Assembly (NCBI GenBank): GCA_023205875.1
Contig: CP060755.1
Coordinates: 1,426,001-1,490,000, forward strand
Reading direction: 5' to 3'
DNA length: 64,000 nucleotides
Source: Chloropicon primus
Taxonomy: Eukaryota
Shown here: positions 22,076-32,911 of the stretch, piece after piece
Numbering within the stretch: position 1 is the stretch's first letter
How the letters are laid out: the number at the start of each line of letters is the position of its first letter
The notes under the pieces: generated by a model
The model's input: the letters and a program-made list of their open reading frames with translations, nothing else
Databases searched by the model: none
What the model was told of the DNA's origin: nothing
Program-made: the position numbers and the translations under genes

Positions 22076-22494
22076 TCGCCCTTTCGCGTTTCGCTTCTCC
22101 TCCCTCTCCCACGAGCATCTTTTTTGAAGATTAGGAGATGAGGATCTTGGACACGTAGGACAATCCCCCTTTTTCGCCCTCGTTGAAAGATGCTGGGGTA
22201 ACTGAAACCGCTCCCACTTCTTCTTCTTCTCCACTCGTTTGCCCTCGTAGCCCACGGTTGCTTGTTTTTGTGGGCAGTGGCAAAAAGCATCTGAGGCTTG
22301 CGAGACATGCCGCTCGCGAGCGAGGGTGAGAAACCCTCCCTCCCTCCCCTCAGGCTCGGTGAGAAGAGAAGAAGCGAACGGAATAACTAATGAATGGTTT
22401 TTGTTATGTTATTGCACAATTGTTACAAATAAAGGGGGGGTTACGTTCCCGCGGGGTGTTCGGAATCCCCCCCCTCTCTCTCTGGTTGTTCTGG

Positions 22495-24042
22495 TTAGTT
22501 GATGAGAGAGTCGTCAATGGCGATGGCCTCCTCGACCTCGGTCTTCTGGCGCTCGCACAAGTTGCTTATCTCGTTGATCCTCTCCCTGTTCTGCTGCCGA
22601 ATCCACTCCTCGATCTTCATCATCATGTCCGTGGAGTTCTTCACCTCGTTTGTCACCAGCTTGTCCTCCAGCGAGTCTATCTTCGTCGTGTGGGCGTCGT
22701 GACTGGACTGGATGCTGTTCAGGAGCATCTCCTTGTCCTGCAGAAGGGTTCTCGTGTCGCTTTCGAGGTCCTCGAGCTCTCCCGCCTGGTACTGCTCGAG
22801 GTGCTGCATGGCTTGACCCGTGACGGCCTCGAACCAGGCGTTCTCCAAGTCTCTCAGCTGCGTGAAGTACGTGTTGTAGTTGATCTTGTTCTGCTCGACC
22901 AGAGCCACGTAGTTGTTGTCGAAGTCCTTGTAAAGCTGCTCGAGGGCCTCCACGATGTCCAGCTCCAAGTCCATGAGCTTGTCCTTCAGCTCCAGGTTGC
23001 TCTGCCTGAGCGGCGCGGTCTTCGTCTCCGCGTTCGATGGATCGTCCCTGAGCTCCCTGAAAGTGCGCTTCTTGATGCGCTTGAACTCCAAAATCAGGTA
23101 CCTGGCCTGCTCGTCCTTCTCCCCGGTGTACTCCTTCACAACGGCGTCCCATTCCGCCCTCTCCCCAACCTTCTTCTCGTGCTGGTCCAGCACCTGCTGC
23201 ACAAACTCGTCAGTAGCGGACTGCCACTTCGTGTGGAAGTCAGCAAGCGGGCTGAGCAAGTCCGGCACCTTCTTCAGGGTGTTGTACTCGGGATCCTCCC
23301 GAAGCATGTCCTCGAAGAGCGTCGTGACCCCCTCCAAGTTCGCCCTGCTCATGAGGGCCGCCTTCTCCGCCTTGGTCACGGCCTCCTTATCCTCCATCTC
23401 CGCCTTGGTCTCGTTCTCCTCGATCTCTAACAGCTCGTCCTGGTAGTGCTCCTTGGCGGCGTTCACAGCCTGCTCGCTCACCATGCGGTAGTCGAGGTAC
23501 TTCAAGTTCTTTACGTGGGAGATGACGTAAGGGCGGTACTCCGTGTCGTTGCATATCGGGTTCCCCGCCAAGTTTATCAGCCTCAAGTGACGGAACCTGC
23601 GCAGGTACAGCACGTTCTCAATTTTCGTGATGTTGTTGTTGCCCATGGACAAGATGCTCAAGTTCGTGAGGTTGCCCAAGTTCTCTATCGTTTCTATGTT
23701 GTTGTTGAAAAGAGACAAGTCCTTGAGCTTGTGCAACGTGTCGAACCCCTCTATCTTCGAAATGTTGTTGAACGAAAGGTCAAGCCACTCCAGGTTCGTC
23801 AAGTGCTCCAAGTTCTGGATCTTGGAGATCACATTGTTGTCCAGCTGAAGCTTCACGAGGTTCTCCAGGCCCATCAAGTTGTCAATCTTCAGAATATTTC
23901 TGAAGCTGCAGATGAGAGTGTCGACCTCGCGAAGGGCTATCTGCTTTGACTTGTCCTCCTTCGCTTCTATGGGGCCAGATATTTTCACGCATGACCTAAT
24001 CAAGTCCTCCTCGATGACGCACGGCTCAATAGTCTCCACCAT
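22495..24042 (-). CDS. DRC3: Dynein regulatory complex subunit 3 (LRRC48)
   Basis: SFRNILKIDNL, SDS22-type LRRs, LAGNPIC, LKYLDYR, then a long coiled coil ending NRERINEI. Confidence 0.85.
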   Translation of the reverse strand: MVETIEPCVIEEDLIRSCVKISGPIEAKEDKSKQIALREVDTLICSFRNILKIDNLMGLENLVKLQLDNNVISKIQNLEHLTNLEWLDLSFNNISKIEGFDTLHKLKDLSLFNNNIETIENLGNLTNLSILSMGNNNITKIENVLYLRRFRHLRLINLAGNPICNDTEYRPYVISHVKNLKYLDYRMVSEQAVNAAKEHYQDELLEIEENETKAEMEDKEAVTKAEKAALMSRANLEGVTTLFEDMLREDPEYNTLKKVPDLLSPLADFHTKWQSATDEFVQQVLDQHEKKVGERAEWDAVVKEYTGEKDEQARYLILEFKRIKKRTFRELRDDPSNAETKTAPLRQSNLELKDKLMDLELDIVEALEQLYKDFDNNYVALVEQNKINYNTYFTQLRDLENAWFEAVTGQAMQHLEQYQAGELEDLESDTRTLLQDKEMLLNSIQSSHDAHTTKIDSLEDKLVTNEVKNSTDMMMKIEEWIRQQNRERINEISNLCERQKTEVEEAIAIDDSLIN

Positions 24043-24594
24043 ACTTTCTCTTCCTTCTCCTCCCTCTCTCGCTCTTCCTTCTCCTCCCTCGTTCTCCACG
24101 AGACTCTCTCTCTCTCTCTCTCTCTCTCTGAGCCGCCTAAGGCTAAGGTCTCCTCCTTGTAGTCCCCTGGTGTTGCGTCGTCTCCTGCACCTTCACCTTC
24201 ACCTTCGCCTCTTGATGCCCTTCACCTTGCTCCCGTCGCCATGGACAGAACGCCTCAACGACAACGACTTTCTTGGAACCACCACCACAACACACAATCA
24301 ATCGGTCAACTGGCAAGCGTGAATTCCAGAACATTTCCGGAAACGTTGTCGGAGCGAGGAACGAGGAGGTGAACGAGGGAAGGAGAGCGAGGAGGACCTT
24401 CGTCCGTTCATCCGTTCGTTCGTTCGTTCGCGTGGGACCCGGGGGCGTTGAAGGCGGTTGGGGGTGGGAGGGTACTACGACGTCAAAATCATAATCGTAT
24501 CCCCATCCCCCCCGTTCGTTCGGTCAACTCCGTTCGAGTGTTTGGTGTCCCTCGAATTTGTGGATTGCGAGGAGGTTTGGAGTGCGTGGAGAGG

Positions 24595-26148
24595 ATGTTG
24601 GGGACGAGGAGTGTGTTCCCGGCGGGCACACTCGTCGGGGGGGCCGTCACGGCACACCCTCGGAGGGGAAGAGGGAGTCTTCGGGGCCAACGGGGGAGGC
24701 GCGCGAGGTCTCTGGCCGGGGAAGGGCCCACGACATCAGAAGCAGCTTCAGCAGAGTTAGATCCGGCGCTTGCCTTGGCGCTGGCGGGTCACGCCTTCTT
24801 CGCGTACAAGGAGCCGTCCCAGCACGTGTTGAAGGATAGGGTCGGGACGGATGATTCGCAGACCGACTTGATCTTTCTGGACAAGAACTACGTGCTGCGA
24901 GGATTCGCCGGGAAGCTCAAGGTCACGTCGCTCGCAGCGCACCTTCCGGGTGCCGAGAGGAAGAGCGAAATCTTCTTCGCGCTGTCCATTGGTGGTGACG
25001 TTCACAGCACGGCGTCCTGCAAAAAGTTGAGGGGAGGGGAGATGCACGGCTGGGACGAGGAGCACGAGTTCCTGCTCAAGTCCACTGGGGACAACAAGCT
25101 TCAGGTGCGAGTCTGGAAAAAGAGATTTCTCCGGCCAGATGAACTTTTGGGCGTCGCCATCGTCACGCCCGAAGCGTTTGCGGAGGGGGCGAGCTTGGAC
25201 CTCCCCCTGAGGGGTGGTTCGATCGAGGGCTCTGTGCTCGTCGAAACGGAATACACGAGTTTCGATGTCCTCGAGGACGTGCAAGAGCACAGTTCTCAGA
25301 TGATTCTGGATTTGATCGGAATCGAGCAAGCCCCTCTCCTCCACATGAACTTCAAGCCCGCTTGCTTTTGTACCAACGAGGTTACTGACACGCAGGCGTG
25401 GATATGGTGGAACGAACCTGCAAAGGAAGTCCTGGTGTCCTTCAGAGGGACGGAGCAAACTCAGTGGAAGGACTTGCTGACGGACGTGAAGGTGCTGCCG
25501 ACTTCCGTGAACCTGGAGGGAGTAAAAAACGTTCACATCTTTGCGAATTCGAGCGAAGTGATGGTGCACAACGGGTTCCTCACGGCGTACCTGTCTATCA
25601 GAAACTCGATCCTGTCGCAGCTCAGAACGCTCATTACTCCGGCCGGGAAGGAAGAGGAATGGACAATCTTCATCACCGGCCACTCGCTGGGAGGGGCCCT
25701 GGCCACCATTCTTGCCTACGAGTGCGCCGAGGCCGATCTTGGGAAGATCGTGGTGTACACTTACGGCTCCCCTCGTGTGGGCAACGAGGCCTTCGTGAGC
25801 GACTTCCACAACTTAGTTGATTCGTCCTGGCGGTTCTCAAACGTTTCGGACATCATTCCGACCGTCCCCCGGTTTTTGGGTTACAAGCACGTGGACAACT
25901 CGGTGAGAATCTGCGAGGACGGCACCGTGCAGGTCCTTGACGACGAGAAGGATGTGATCGGCGAGACTCACTTCACAGAGATTTTGGGCGTCGAGGATCT
26001 CCCCGAGGTGGAAGAGCTCCTGCAGAAAGAGCTAACGCTGCTGTCGACTCTGATCGACGGCACGGCGCTCCAGGAGCACATGGAGGACAACTACCTGAAG
26101 AATCTGCTGCTGCTGGCGGCGGCGTTACGGAGTTCAAGTGATTTGTAA
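24595..26148 (+). CDS. Class 3 lipase with an N-terminal C2-like domain and probable transit peptide
   Basis: VSFRGTE, VHNGF, GHSLGGA, TYGSPRVGN and DIIP. C2-like WDEEHEF..LQVRVW..DELLG. Confidence 0.9.
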   Translation: MLGTRSVFPAGTLVGGAVTAHPRRGRGSLRGQRGRRARSLAGEGPTTSEAASAELDPALALALAGHAFFAYKEPSQHVLKDRVGTDDSQTDLIFLDKNYVLRGFAGKLKVTSLAAHLPGAERKSEIFFALSIGGDVHSTASCKKLRGGEMHGWDEEHEFLLKSTGDNKLQVRVWKKRFLRPDELLGVAIVTPEAFAEGASLDLPLRGGSIEGSVLVETEYTSFDVLEDVQEHSSQMILDLIGIEQAPLLHMNFKPACFCTNEVTDTQAWIWWNEPAKEVLVSFRGTEQTQWKDLLTDVKVLPTSVNLEGVKNVHIFANSSEVMVHNGFLTAYLSIRNSILSQLRTLITPAGKEEEWTIFITGHSLGGALATILAYECAEADLGKIVVYTYGSPRVGNEAFVSDFHNLVDSSWRFSNVSDIIPTVPRFLGYKHVDNSVRICEDGTVQVLDDEKDVIGETHFTEILGVEDLPEVEELLQKELTLLSTLIDGTALQEHMEDNYLKNLLLLAAALRSSSDL

Positions 26149-26172
26149 TAATACGTGTAAATTTTGATCGCT

Positions 26173-26427
26173 TCACAGCGATCCTTCCACCGAAACATCG
26201 ATGACTTCGGCAGCAGCCAGACTGAACAGCTCCACCGTTAGAAACTCCAAGTTGTGCTTCAATGCCTCCTTTCCATCAGTGAAGGGGTGCTCGGACGAAA
26301 GAAGCTTCCTCGATTGGATCGAAAACCCAGCGATCGCGCGCACTTCCGTCCATGCACCGTACAGAGCCACCATGAGGATGCTTATGCTTATCACCGTCAG
26401 AAGCGTAACGACTCTCAGTGCTGCCAT
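26173..26427 (-). CDS. Small single-pass membrane or secreted hypothetical protein (start may be 26553)
   Basis: ATG followed by a hydrophobic helix (VVTLLTVISISILMVALYGAW). It fills the gap between the flanking genes. Confidence 0.45.
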   Translation of the reverse strand: MAALRVVTLLTVISISILMVALYGAWTEVRAIAGFSIQSRKLLSSEHPFTDGKEALKHNLEFLTVELFSLAAAEVIDVSVEGSL

Positions 26428-26657
26428 CACGTCTCCCCTCCCTCCCGCACCCGATTCCCTCCCCCCGTGCCAGGGTCTTGGGTCGCTCAGGGCCTTGTCA
26501 GTTGCGAGCCGACGGACGAACAAGACCGCTACCTCCTCACCCCTGTGCGCCATCCTTTTTGCCTTCTCCCCTCCCGACCCGATCGTTCCGCACGCTGCTG
26601 GAAGATCGATCGGCGATCTGCCAAAGAATTTCAAGCTGAGAGAGGGGGGGAGGCACG

Positions 26658-26754
26658 ATGGACCCAAGCGTAATCAAAGCCGTGAGCGTGCTGAAGTTGT
26701 ACAGGGACTCACTGAGGCTTGCGCAGCACCTCGGGTCCAAGGTAAGTCGTGACG

Positions 26755-26805
<51 letters not shown>

Positions 26806-27187
26806 CCTTCTCCTCTTGTGCTCGCGGAAAACGTCGAGAAAAAGGGCTGGACCCAACCCAACCATGGGAACACGAGACGCGACAGAGCGACGACATCGAC
26901 TGACATCTTTCCCTCTCGCTTCGAATTGCGCAGTCAGGGAACACGGACGCTTTGAAGAATGAAGTGAGGAGGACCTTCAGGGCGAATATGCACGAAAAGG
27001 ATCCGGAGAAAATACAGACCATGAAGGAGGCCGCATTCAGGTGAGTTTATTCCGACTGTGTGCGTGCGCACTGGTGATCAGAGTCCGAGAACTGACCTTG
27101 CACGTTCCCAGGGGCTTGGGCAACTACATCTTTGTGGAGGCGCAGAAAATGGCAGGAAACGAGGAGGACCCTTCCGCGACGTCTTGA
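26658..27187 (+). CDS. LYR-motif (Complex1_LYR) protein, 3 exons (26658-26741, 26934-27040, 27112-27187)
   Basis: Spliced: VLKLYRDSLRLA...EVRRTFRANMHEKDPEKI...RGLGNY. Canonical introns. Confidence 0.85.
26759..26802. repeat. (CT)n microsatellite in LYR intron 1
   Basis: Perfect dinucleotide run. Confidence 0.95.
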
Positions 27188-27623
27188 GCTCTGTGGTGTC
27201 GGACTACACACCGTGGTTGTCGATATTTGTTGTGGGGGTCCTCGCCGAAGCAGAGGCAGCGAACGGGCTCGAAGCAGTTCTCCATCAGCGTTTCTGTTGC
27301 TCGGAGTTAAGGACCAGAGGTTTTATTGTATGATAAATTTGTTACACGGCGCGTGCACCACCACCTGCCTGAGGCAGCTGGGTGATCCCTCTCCCCCCCA
27401 CCACGCAACTCGTTCCGAGTACTCCCGAAGAAGATCTGGCCCGTCCAAAGGCATTGCACTGCTCTTTCCCTGGTCTTTCCACGAGCCACGCCGAGTCAGT
27501 CTGGTCGTCATTCATGAGCGCCCTCCCCTGCCGCAGATCTGTCTGCCAGCCAGCTCAAGCCACTCGAGACAGGAGGACGAAGGGGGCGCGAAGGGGAGAG
27601 AGCGTGAAGGCGGACACAAAAAC

Positions 27624-28546
27624 ATGGCACAGCTGTTGAACAGGCTGAGGGCGGAGGAGAGGATAGCCGGGGTGGAGTTCTGGCACTCCCCGGAACGCTG
27701 CGGGTGGCTGATGAAGCAAGGTAAGGAGCGGGCGACGGAAGGAAGACACGCTGCACTGTACAAGAGCTACTGCTTTCTCTCGCGCGCGCGTACACTCCGA
27801 GGGGTTCGTGGGGAGGGGGAAGGGGGCGGAAGTGCGGTGCGGCTTGCCTGCGTCCTCCGCGCGGTTCCGGGCTTTGCTGACAAGTTTCCTTTCGCTTCAA
27901 CAGGAGAGTACATCAAGACGTGGAGGCGTAGGTGGTTCATACTGAAGCAGGGAAAAATCTTCTGGTTCAAGACGGAAGAAGTCGGACCTGTAAGTGACTC
28001 GCCGCGCGCTTTTGCTGCTGGAGATGTCGTGCGTGCTGACTGTTGCCCTTTTCTGCCCTCCTCTCGCCCTTCTTGCTTTCTGCCCGGGCGCTTTTGCCCA
28101 GAGCTCCATCCCAAGAGGTGTCGTTGACATAAGCAGGTGCCTGTCTATCAAGGGCGCGGAGGACGTGATAAACAGGGCGCACGCCTTCGAGCTGTCGACG
28201 CACACGGAGACAATGTTCTTCATCGCGGATTCTGACAAGGTAGGGCATGCGAACAAGAGTGCACATGACGGAGCCAACTCACCTGTGCTTCAGCGTCGGA
28301 GAAGGCTTTTCTGACCCGGAAGCTTTACTTTCCTGAACGTTTTGGCTTGTTTGCTATCCGCAGGAAAAAGAGGAGTGGATCAGCTCTGTGGGGCGAGCCA
28401 TAGTGAGGCAATCTAAAAGGTGAGTCTTCGTTTGTGTCTTTCTTTCTCCTCAAGTAATTATACACGTTTACTGAAAGGGGCCAACCTTCTTGTCTTCTTT
28501 TTTGTCACTCATAACAAGTATGACGGATGACTATGGCAGCTACTAA
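27624..28546 (+). CDS. Small pleckstrin-homology domain protein (plant PH1-like), 5 exons (27624-27720, 27904-27989, 28102-28239, 28364-28419, 28519-28546)
   Basis: [31 protein letters not shown]...KGAEDVINR...FFIADSDKEKEEWISSVGRAIV. Confidence 0.9.
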
Positions 28547-28626
28547 GTGTAGCTCCTGGGACCATATTTTTATAATTGTACAACTTAGCTCGATTTTGTT
28601 TCACTCCTTTCCTCGCGTCCTTCCAC

Positions 28627-30111
28627 TCAGATTGCGCTGAACTCGATGTCCTCATCGTCTTCGTCGTCCTCCTTTGGGATGTAGCTTTCGCTCAAGACCG
28701 ACCCTTCAATCATGACGTTTCTGATGGTTGCTTTCCCCAGCAGCTGCTTGCGCAGCAAATCCATGATCGTCCCCGAGTCGTCCATGGTAGCTTTGCTATC
28801 CCTCCAGGTCCGGAAGAACACGTTCATCGCTCCGCAGTACCACATGTTGAAGGCCGTGTGGAGGCTCCCAACATCGATCGCAGGCGCGTCAAAGTGCTTG
28901 GCCGAGAGAAGGTCGAGGCCCATGCCCGATATATTCAGCGCAATGGCACAGAAAGGAAACCCGTAGTTTGGGTCCTGCGAGTAGTCAAAAATCGTTTGCA
29001 TCACGTGGAAGCAGTGCTCCACGAAGAACAGTATTTGGCACAGTCCCCACATTCCTGTGCCTCTCAAGTCGGTCGCAGGGTTTTTGCCCTGAAACCCTAT
29101 CTGTTCCCAGTGTTTCCCGTACCTCTTCACGTTCGATGCGTCTTCGCCAAAAATAGTGCAGTAGATCGAAGCCAGCATGCCGTCGTGCTGTGAGTTTTCG
29201 TTCTCAAACTTCTTCTCGGATAAATGAATGATGCAGACCCTCTCCTTCTTCACAAACTCTGGCTGGCTGAAAAGGTTCTTGACGAAAGAGTTGTACGTCA
29301 AGCAACAGCTCGGCTCGTATTCCTCAATCTCATACGACGGGTCCAAAGCAGGCATGAGAGCCTCGATGGCCTCCTCGTATATCAGTGTCTCCTCAAATGT
29401 GTAGGCGTGATGAACAGACTCTTTGTCCTCCTCCTCGTACTGGATGTCAATGATCGCGGACCACTGCTCGGCTGTCATCTCTATGCTCTTCTCCCTCGCT
29501 TGCCGTGTCGGTTCCTCCGCTGCTTCCTCCACTTCTTCCTCTAAAATGATTCCAGCCGAGTCGCCTCGCTTCATAAAGATGTCCTTGGGCGCCTCAGGCG
29601 CGACGTACTCCCGCTTGTGCGTGGTCGCGTCCCTCGGCTTGCCTTCGAAGGCGTAGTCGAACTCATCGTCCGCCCCCGCCCCCGGCTTCGCCTCTTCATA
29701 CTTGCGCAGGACTTTGTCCACGGACTCTCGCCTCGGCTCCCTGCCTGACTTGGCTTCCTTCGCCTTTGCCGCTTTTCTGACTTTGCTCTTCCCGGCCAAC
29801 ATGCCGTCCACAGAGTCTCGCCGAGGCTCTCTCTCGGAGACCTTCTTCTCACTTGCTTCTCCCTTCCCATTGTCCTCGCCGAAGTACTCTATTTCTTCCT
29901 CGCTCGAGTCCTTCCCCAAAGGTGGTATCTTGCCAGCTTTCTCTGGCGTTTTAACTGCCAGAGCAAGGTCGAACGAGGAGCGGGTGAGGTCGGGAATCGC
30001 CAGCTCCTCCCTCAATTTCTTTCCCAGGACCTTGTCCACCGAGTCCCTCCTCGGCTCTCTCGCCTCCACCGCCTTCACCACCTTCCTGGACCTCCTATTC
30101 CCTTTGGGCAT
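28627..30111 (-). CDS. ELMO/CED-12 domain protein (ELMOD family ARF/ARL GAP)
   Basis: HWEQIGFQGKNPATDLRGTG signature; FPFCAIALNIS. Confidence 0.9.
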   Translation of the reverse strand: MPKGNRRSRKVVKAVEAREPRRDSVDKVLGKKLREELAIPDLTRSSFDLALAVKTPEKAGKIPPLGKDSSEEEIEYFGEDNGKGEASEKKVSEREPRRDSVDGMLAGKSKVRKAAKAKEAKSGREPRRESVDKVLRKYEEAKPGAGADDEFDYAFEGKPRDATTHKREYVAPEAPKDIFMKRGDSAGIILEEEVEEAAEEPTRQAREKSIEMTAEQWSAIIDIQYEEEDKESVHHAYTFEETLIYEEAIEALMPALDPSYEIEEYEPSCCLTYNSFVKNLFSQPEFVKKERVCIIHLSEKKFENENSQHDGMLASIYCTIFGEDASNVKRYGKHWEQIGFQGKNPATDLRGTGMWGLCQILFFVEHCFHVMQTIFDYSQDPNYGFPFCAIALNISGMGLDLLSAKHFDAPAIDVGSLHTAFNMWYCGAMNVFFRTWRDSKATMDDSGTIMDLLRKQLLGKATIRNVMIEGSVLSESYIPKEDDEDDEDIEFSAI

Positions 30112-30272
30112 CTTTGGTCCCCGGTCTCGTCGTCACTCTCTACCAACGCGCTTCTCAAGGCCGCTTAACTCTTTCGTAACTTCCTGCTCATCAAATCCAC
30201 CCCCGCCGTCTCTTCCTCTCAACCTCCTTCTCCTCGCCGTCTCTTCCCAAGTCACCCAAGTCACCGCGCCCT

Positions 30273-30273
<1 letters not shown>

Positions 30274-30302
<29 letters not shown>
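30274..30302. repeat. (GAACAC)n hexamer repeat
   Basis: About 4.5 copies in the divergent intergenic region. Confidence 0.85.
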
Positions 30303-30304
<2 letters not shown>

Positions 30305-30502
30305 AAAACCCCAGACTGTTTTGCGTCGGCAAAAAAAATAAAGAAACCAAGCCCCCCTCCCCCCCGGTCAGAGAGAGAGAGAGGGGAGGGAGAAAATTCG
30401 TTAAGGGTACGTGGAGGTGCTGGTTGCTGCTGCTGCGGGTGGAGGGGACGAAGGAGGGCGCCTCGTTAGTGGTTGATACGACAAGAAGAGGAAGGGGGTA
30501 GA

Positions 30503-31301
30503 ATGGTAGACCTCGAGGGGCTCACCAGGAGGGAGCTGCAGAGCTTGGCCAAGGAGCACGATGTCAAGGTAAGAGCGGGAAAGATACCGTCTTGCTTAAA
30601 GGCCGCATTCTTTTCGTGGGACAAACCATACTGACGATAATTGATACTTGATAATTGCGTTCACCAAGGCCAATCTGAAGAGCAGCGAGCTCGTCGCGCA
30701 ATTGAAGATCAAGTTGCAGCAGTTTGAGTTGACCCCGTGCGACAGGGAGGGGACGGCCTCTGAGCCCTCGACGCCTGAGCCTGTGCCGTGCTCCTCCTCC
30801 TTCGCACCGCACGATCTGAAGACTCAATCGCAACGAGTCATTTCCGACCTCTGCGACGCGAACGACCAGGACGACTGGCTCGACTCGGCCAAGAAGGAGA
30901 TGGTGCACCTGGATAGCATATGGGAAAAGGTTCTGACAAGTCCGAATCGCAAGTACTTTGGTGTTCCGGAGACTGTGGACTACAAGAAAAAGGCTCTCTC
31001 TCTCAACCGAGCAGGCTTCACCGTTCCACCGTCTCCGTTGCCTCTCAAAAAGTACAGGCAGAGGGACAAGACCCCAACGGTAGCAGGCGAGGGGAAGGCG
31101 GACGGGGAGGAGAAAGAGAACGCGACACTGTGCAGCAAGAAGTTCAGTGGCAAGCGCAAGACCGAGGACGCGGTGAGGAAGTTGAAGTCGACCTCGAAGA
31201 TTGCAAAGCAGTCGAAGGCTCAGGTGACGTCCAAAAGGATGCTTTTGGCGGAGCAAAGATTCAAATCCAGGCTTCTCAAAGCAAAGAGCAGAAACAAGTG
31301 A
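30503..31301 (+). CDS. Protein with an N-terminal SAP/HeH-like motif and basic C-terminus (exons 30503-30568, 30669-31301)
   Basis: Spliced N-terminus LEGLTRRELQSLAKEHDVK|ANLKSSELVAQL. Intron 30569-30668. Confidence 0.65.
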
Positions 31302-31594
31302 TGATTGATTGTGAAGGGAGGCGCACAGGCACGGGCAAGCTCACAAACCTATCGTTGGAAACGTGTAGGAAAGCCTGCGCACTTAGACATAAAAACAATT
31401 CTACTCTTAAAACAATTTTTTAGGCATTTAGTCGATCGATTGACGAGACCTCGTCGTACCTTCAGCGTCTCCTTACAGCGCGCTGGTGCTGCTGCGCTCT
31501 CTCTGTCTCACGAAAAGACGAAGAAGAGTCTCATCTGCCACTTGTCCTACGGTCCGCGCCCTCGAGCAAGTACAAAAATGAATTTTATAGGCTC

Positions 31595-32515
31595 TCACAC
31601 GATCTGCGTGATGGTCTTCTTCAAGGAAACCAGGCCCGAGATGAAGTTGTCGTCCCTGGCCCGCGCCTTGTGCGCGTGCGCAAAGTCGATGAGCTTCAAG
31701 TCGATCCGGAGGTCCCCCACGGTCTTGGCGTTCCCTTCGTACAAGATGAGCAAGGAAGCTGAGTAGAACTGGTAGAGCCTCTGCTTCTCGCACCACCTCG
31801 CCAGTCTCTCTATCTTTGGTACAATGCCCGACGGGCCGAGGCACACATTCTCCGCGGTCAAGCTGCCGCTCGGGTGGCCGAAAAACTGAGCCAGCGACTC
31901 CTTTACGGAGGCGACGTCCAGCGTCTTGCACCACTCCTTGGTCGCCCGCCAGTAGGCGTCGCTTTCGTTGCTGAACACCTGCATGCCGCAGATTTTGAAC
32001 CCGAGCTTGGAGGTCGTGGTCGCCTTGTCCTTCCTCTGGCATTTTGCGATGTGGCTCTCCGTCTCGCTTGGGGCCCAGGTCTGGTAGCCGATCTTTATGT
32101 CAATGATGCACGGGCGCTCGTACCCCTTGGTCACGTCCTCCATCTTCATGTACGTCAGCCCCCCCATCTCCAGCACCCCGAAGAACGTCGGCACGAAGCC
32201 CGAGAGGTCCTGCAGCAGGAGCGCCGTGTCCTCGCAGCTCTCCTCGCAGCTCTCCTCGCAGTCCTTCAGCCGCTCGTAGAACGCCCTCTCCCTCACGCCC
32301 CGCGAGCCCACCTGCAAGGGCTTGTAAAAGTACCCCTCCTCGCACACCAGGGACCCCACCTTTCCGTACTCAAACAAGTGCCCCGCGATCTGGTGAGGCG
32401 CCGCTGTGAACCCCGACGACGTCCACCGCTCCTCCGCGGACGGCCCCGGCGACGTCGTCGTCGCCACGCCCTCCCCTCGCCCTCCCTCCGTCCCCCCACT
32501 CCCCATCATCCCCAT
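31595..32515 (-). CDS. IPK2: Inositol polyphosphate multikinase
   Basis: HQIAGH, PCIIDIKIG (PxxxDxKxG), SASLL and IDFAH motifs. Confidence 0.93.
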   Translation of the reverse strand: MGMMGSGGTEGGRGEGVATTTSPGPSAEERWTSSGFTAAPHQIAGHLFEYGKVGSLVCEEGYFYKPLQVGSRGVRERAFYERLKDCEESCEESCEDTALLLQDLSGFVPTFFGVLEMGGLTYMKMEDVTKGYERPCIIDIKIGYQTWAPSETESHIAKCQRKDKATTTSKLGFKICGMQVFSNESDAYWRATKEWCKTLDVASVKESLAQFFGHPSGSLTAENVCLGPSGIVPKIERLARWCEKQRLYQFYSASLLILYEGNAKTVGDLRIDLKLIDFAHAHKARARDDNFISGLVSLKKTITQIV

Positions 32516-32911
32516 CCCCTGACACCCACACCCACACACAGACACACGCAGACACACAGTCACAGGCACGCTCACGCGCTCACGCACTCACGCAACGCGT
32601 CCCCCGCCTCCCCACTGCTTCCCAAGGCAGTCGTGGAGGTTCCACCCAAGTGCCACGCGTTTCCAAATGCCTTGCGCAGCAGAACTCCGAACCCCCGTCC
32701 TGATGCTGAGACATCGTGTGGATCCTCGCTTGAGATGCCGCGAGACAGGCGCGAGATGCTTTAGTTTAAGACGTTGGGAAGAAGAGACGAGAGTCCTCTT
32801 TCTTCGGAAAGAGAGACCGGCTTGACCTAGCTTGGTTTTCGTTTGCGTTCGAACGCGGGGTGGCGACAGGCGAGACGCGCGCGCGCGCGGAGAAGAGTTG
32901 CAGTCGTCGCG

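Noticed and set aside
26658..27620. Selenoprotein-type UGA readthrough in short TGA-ending genes such as the LYR gene
   Set aside because: The proteins look complete at the TGA, with no redox-motif context and no SECIS that I could identify by eye.
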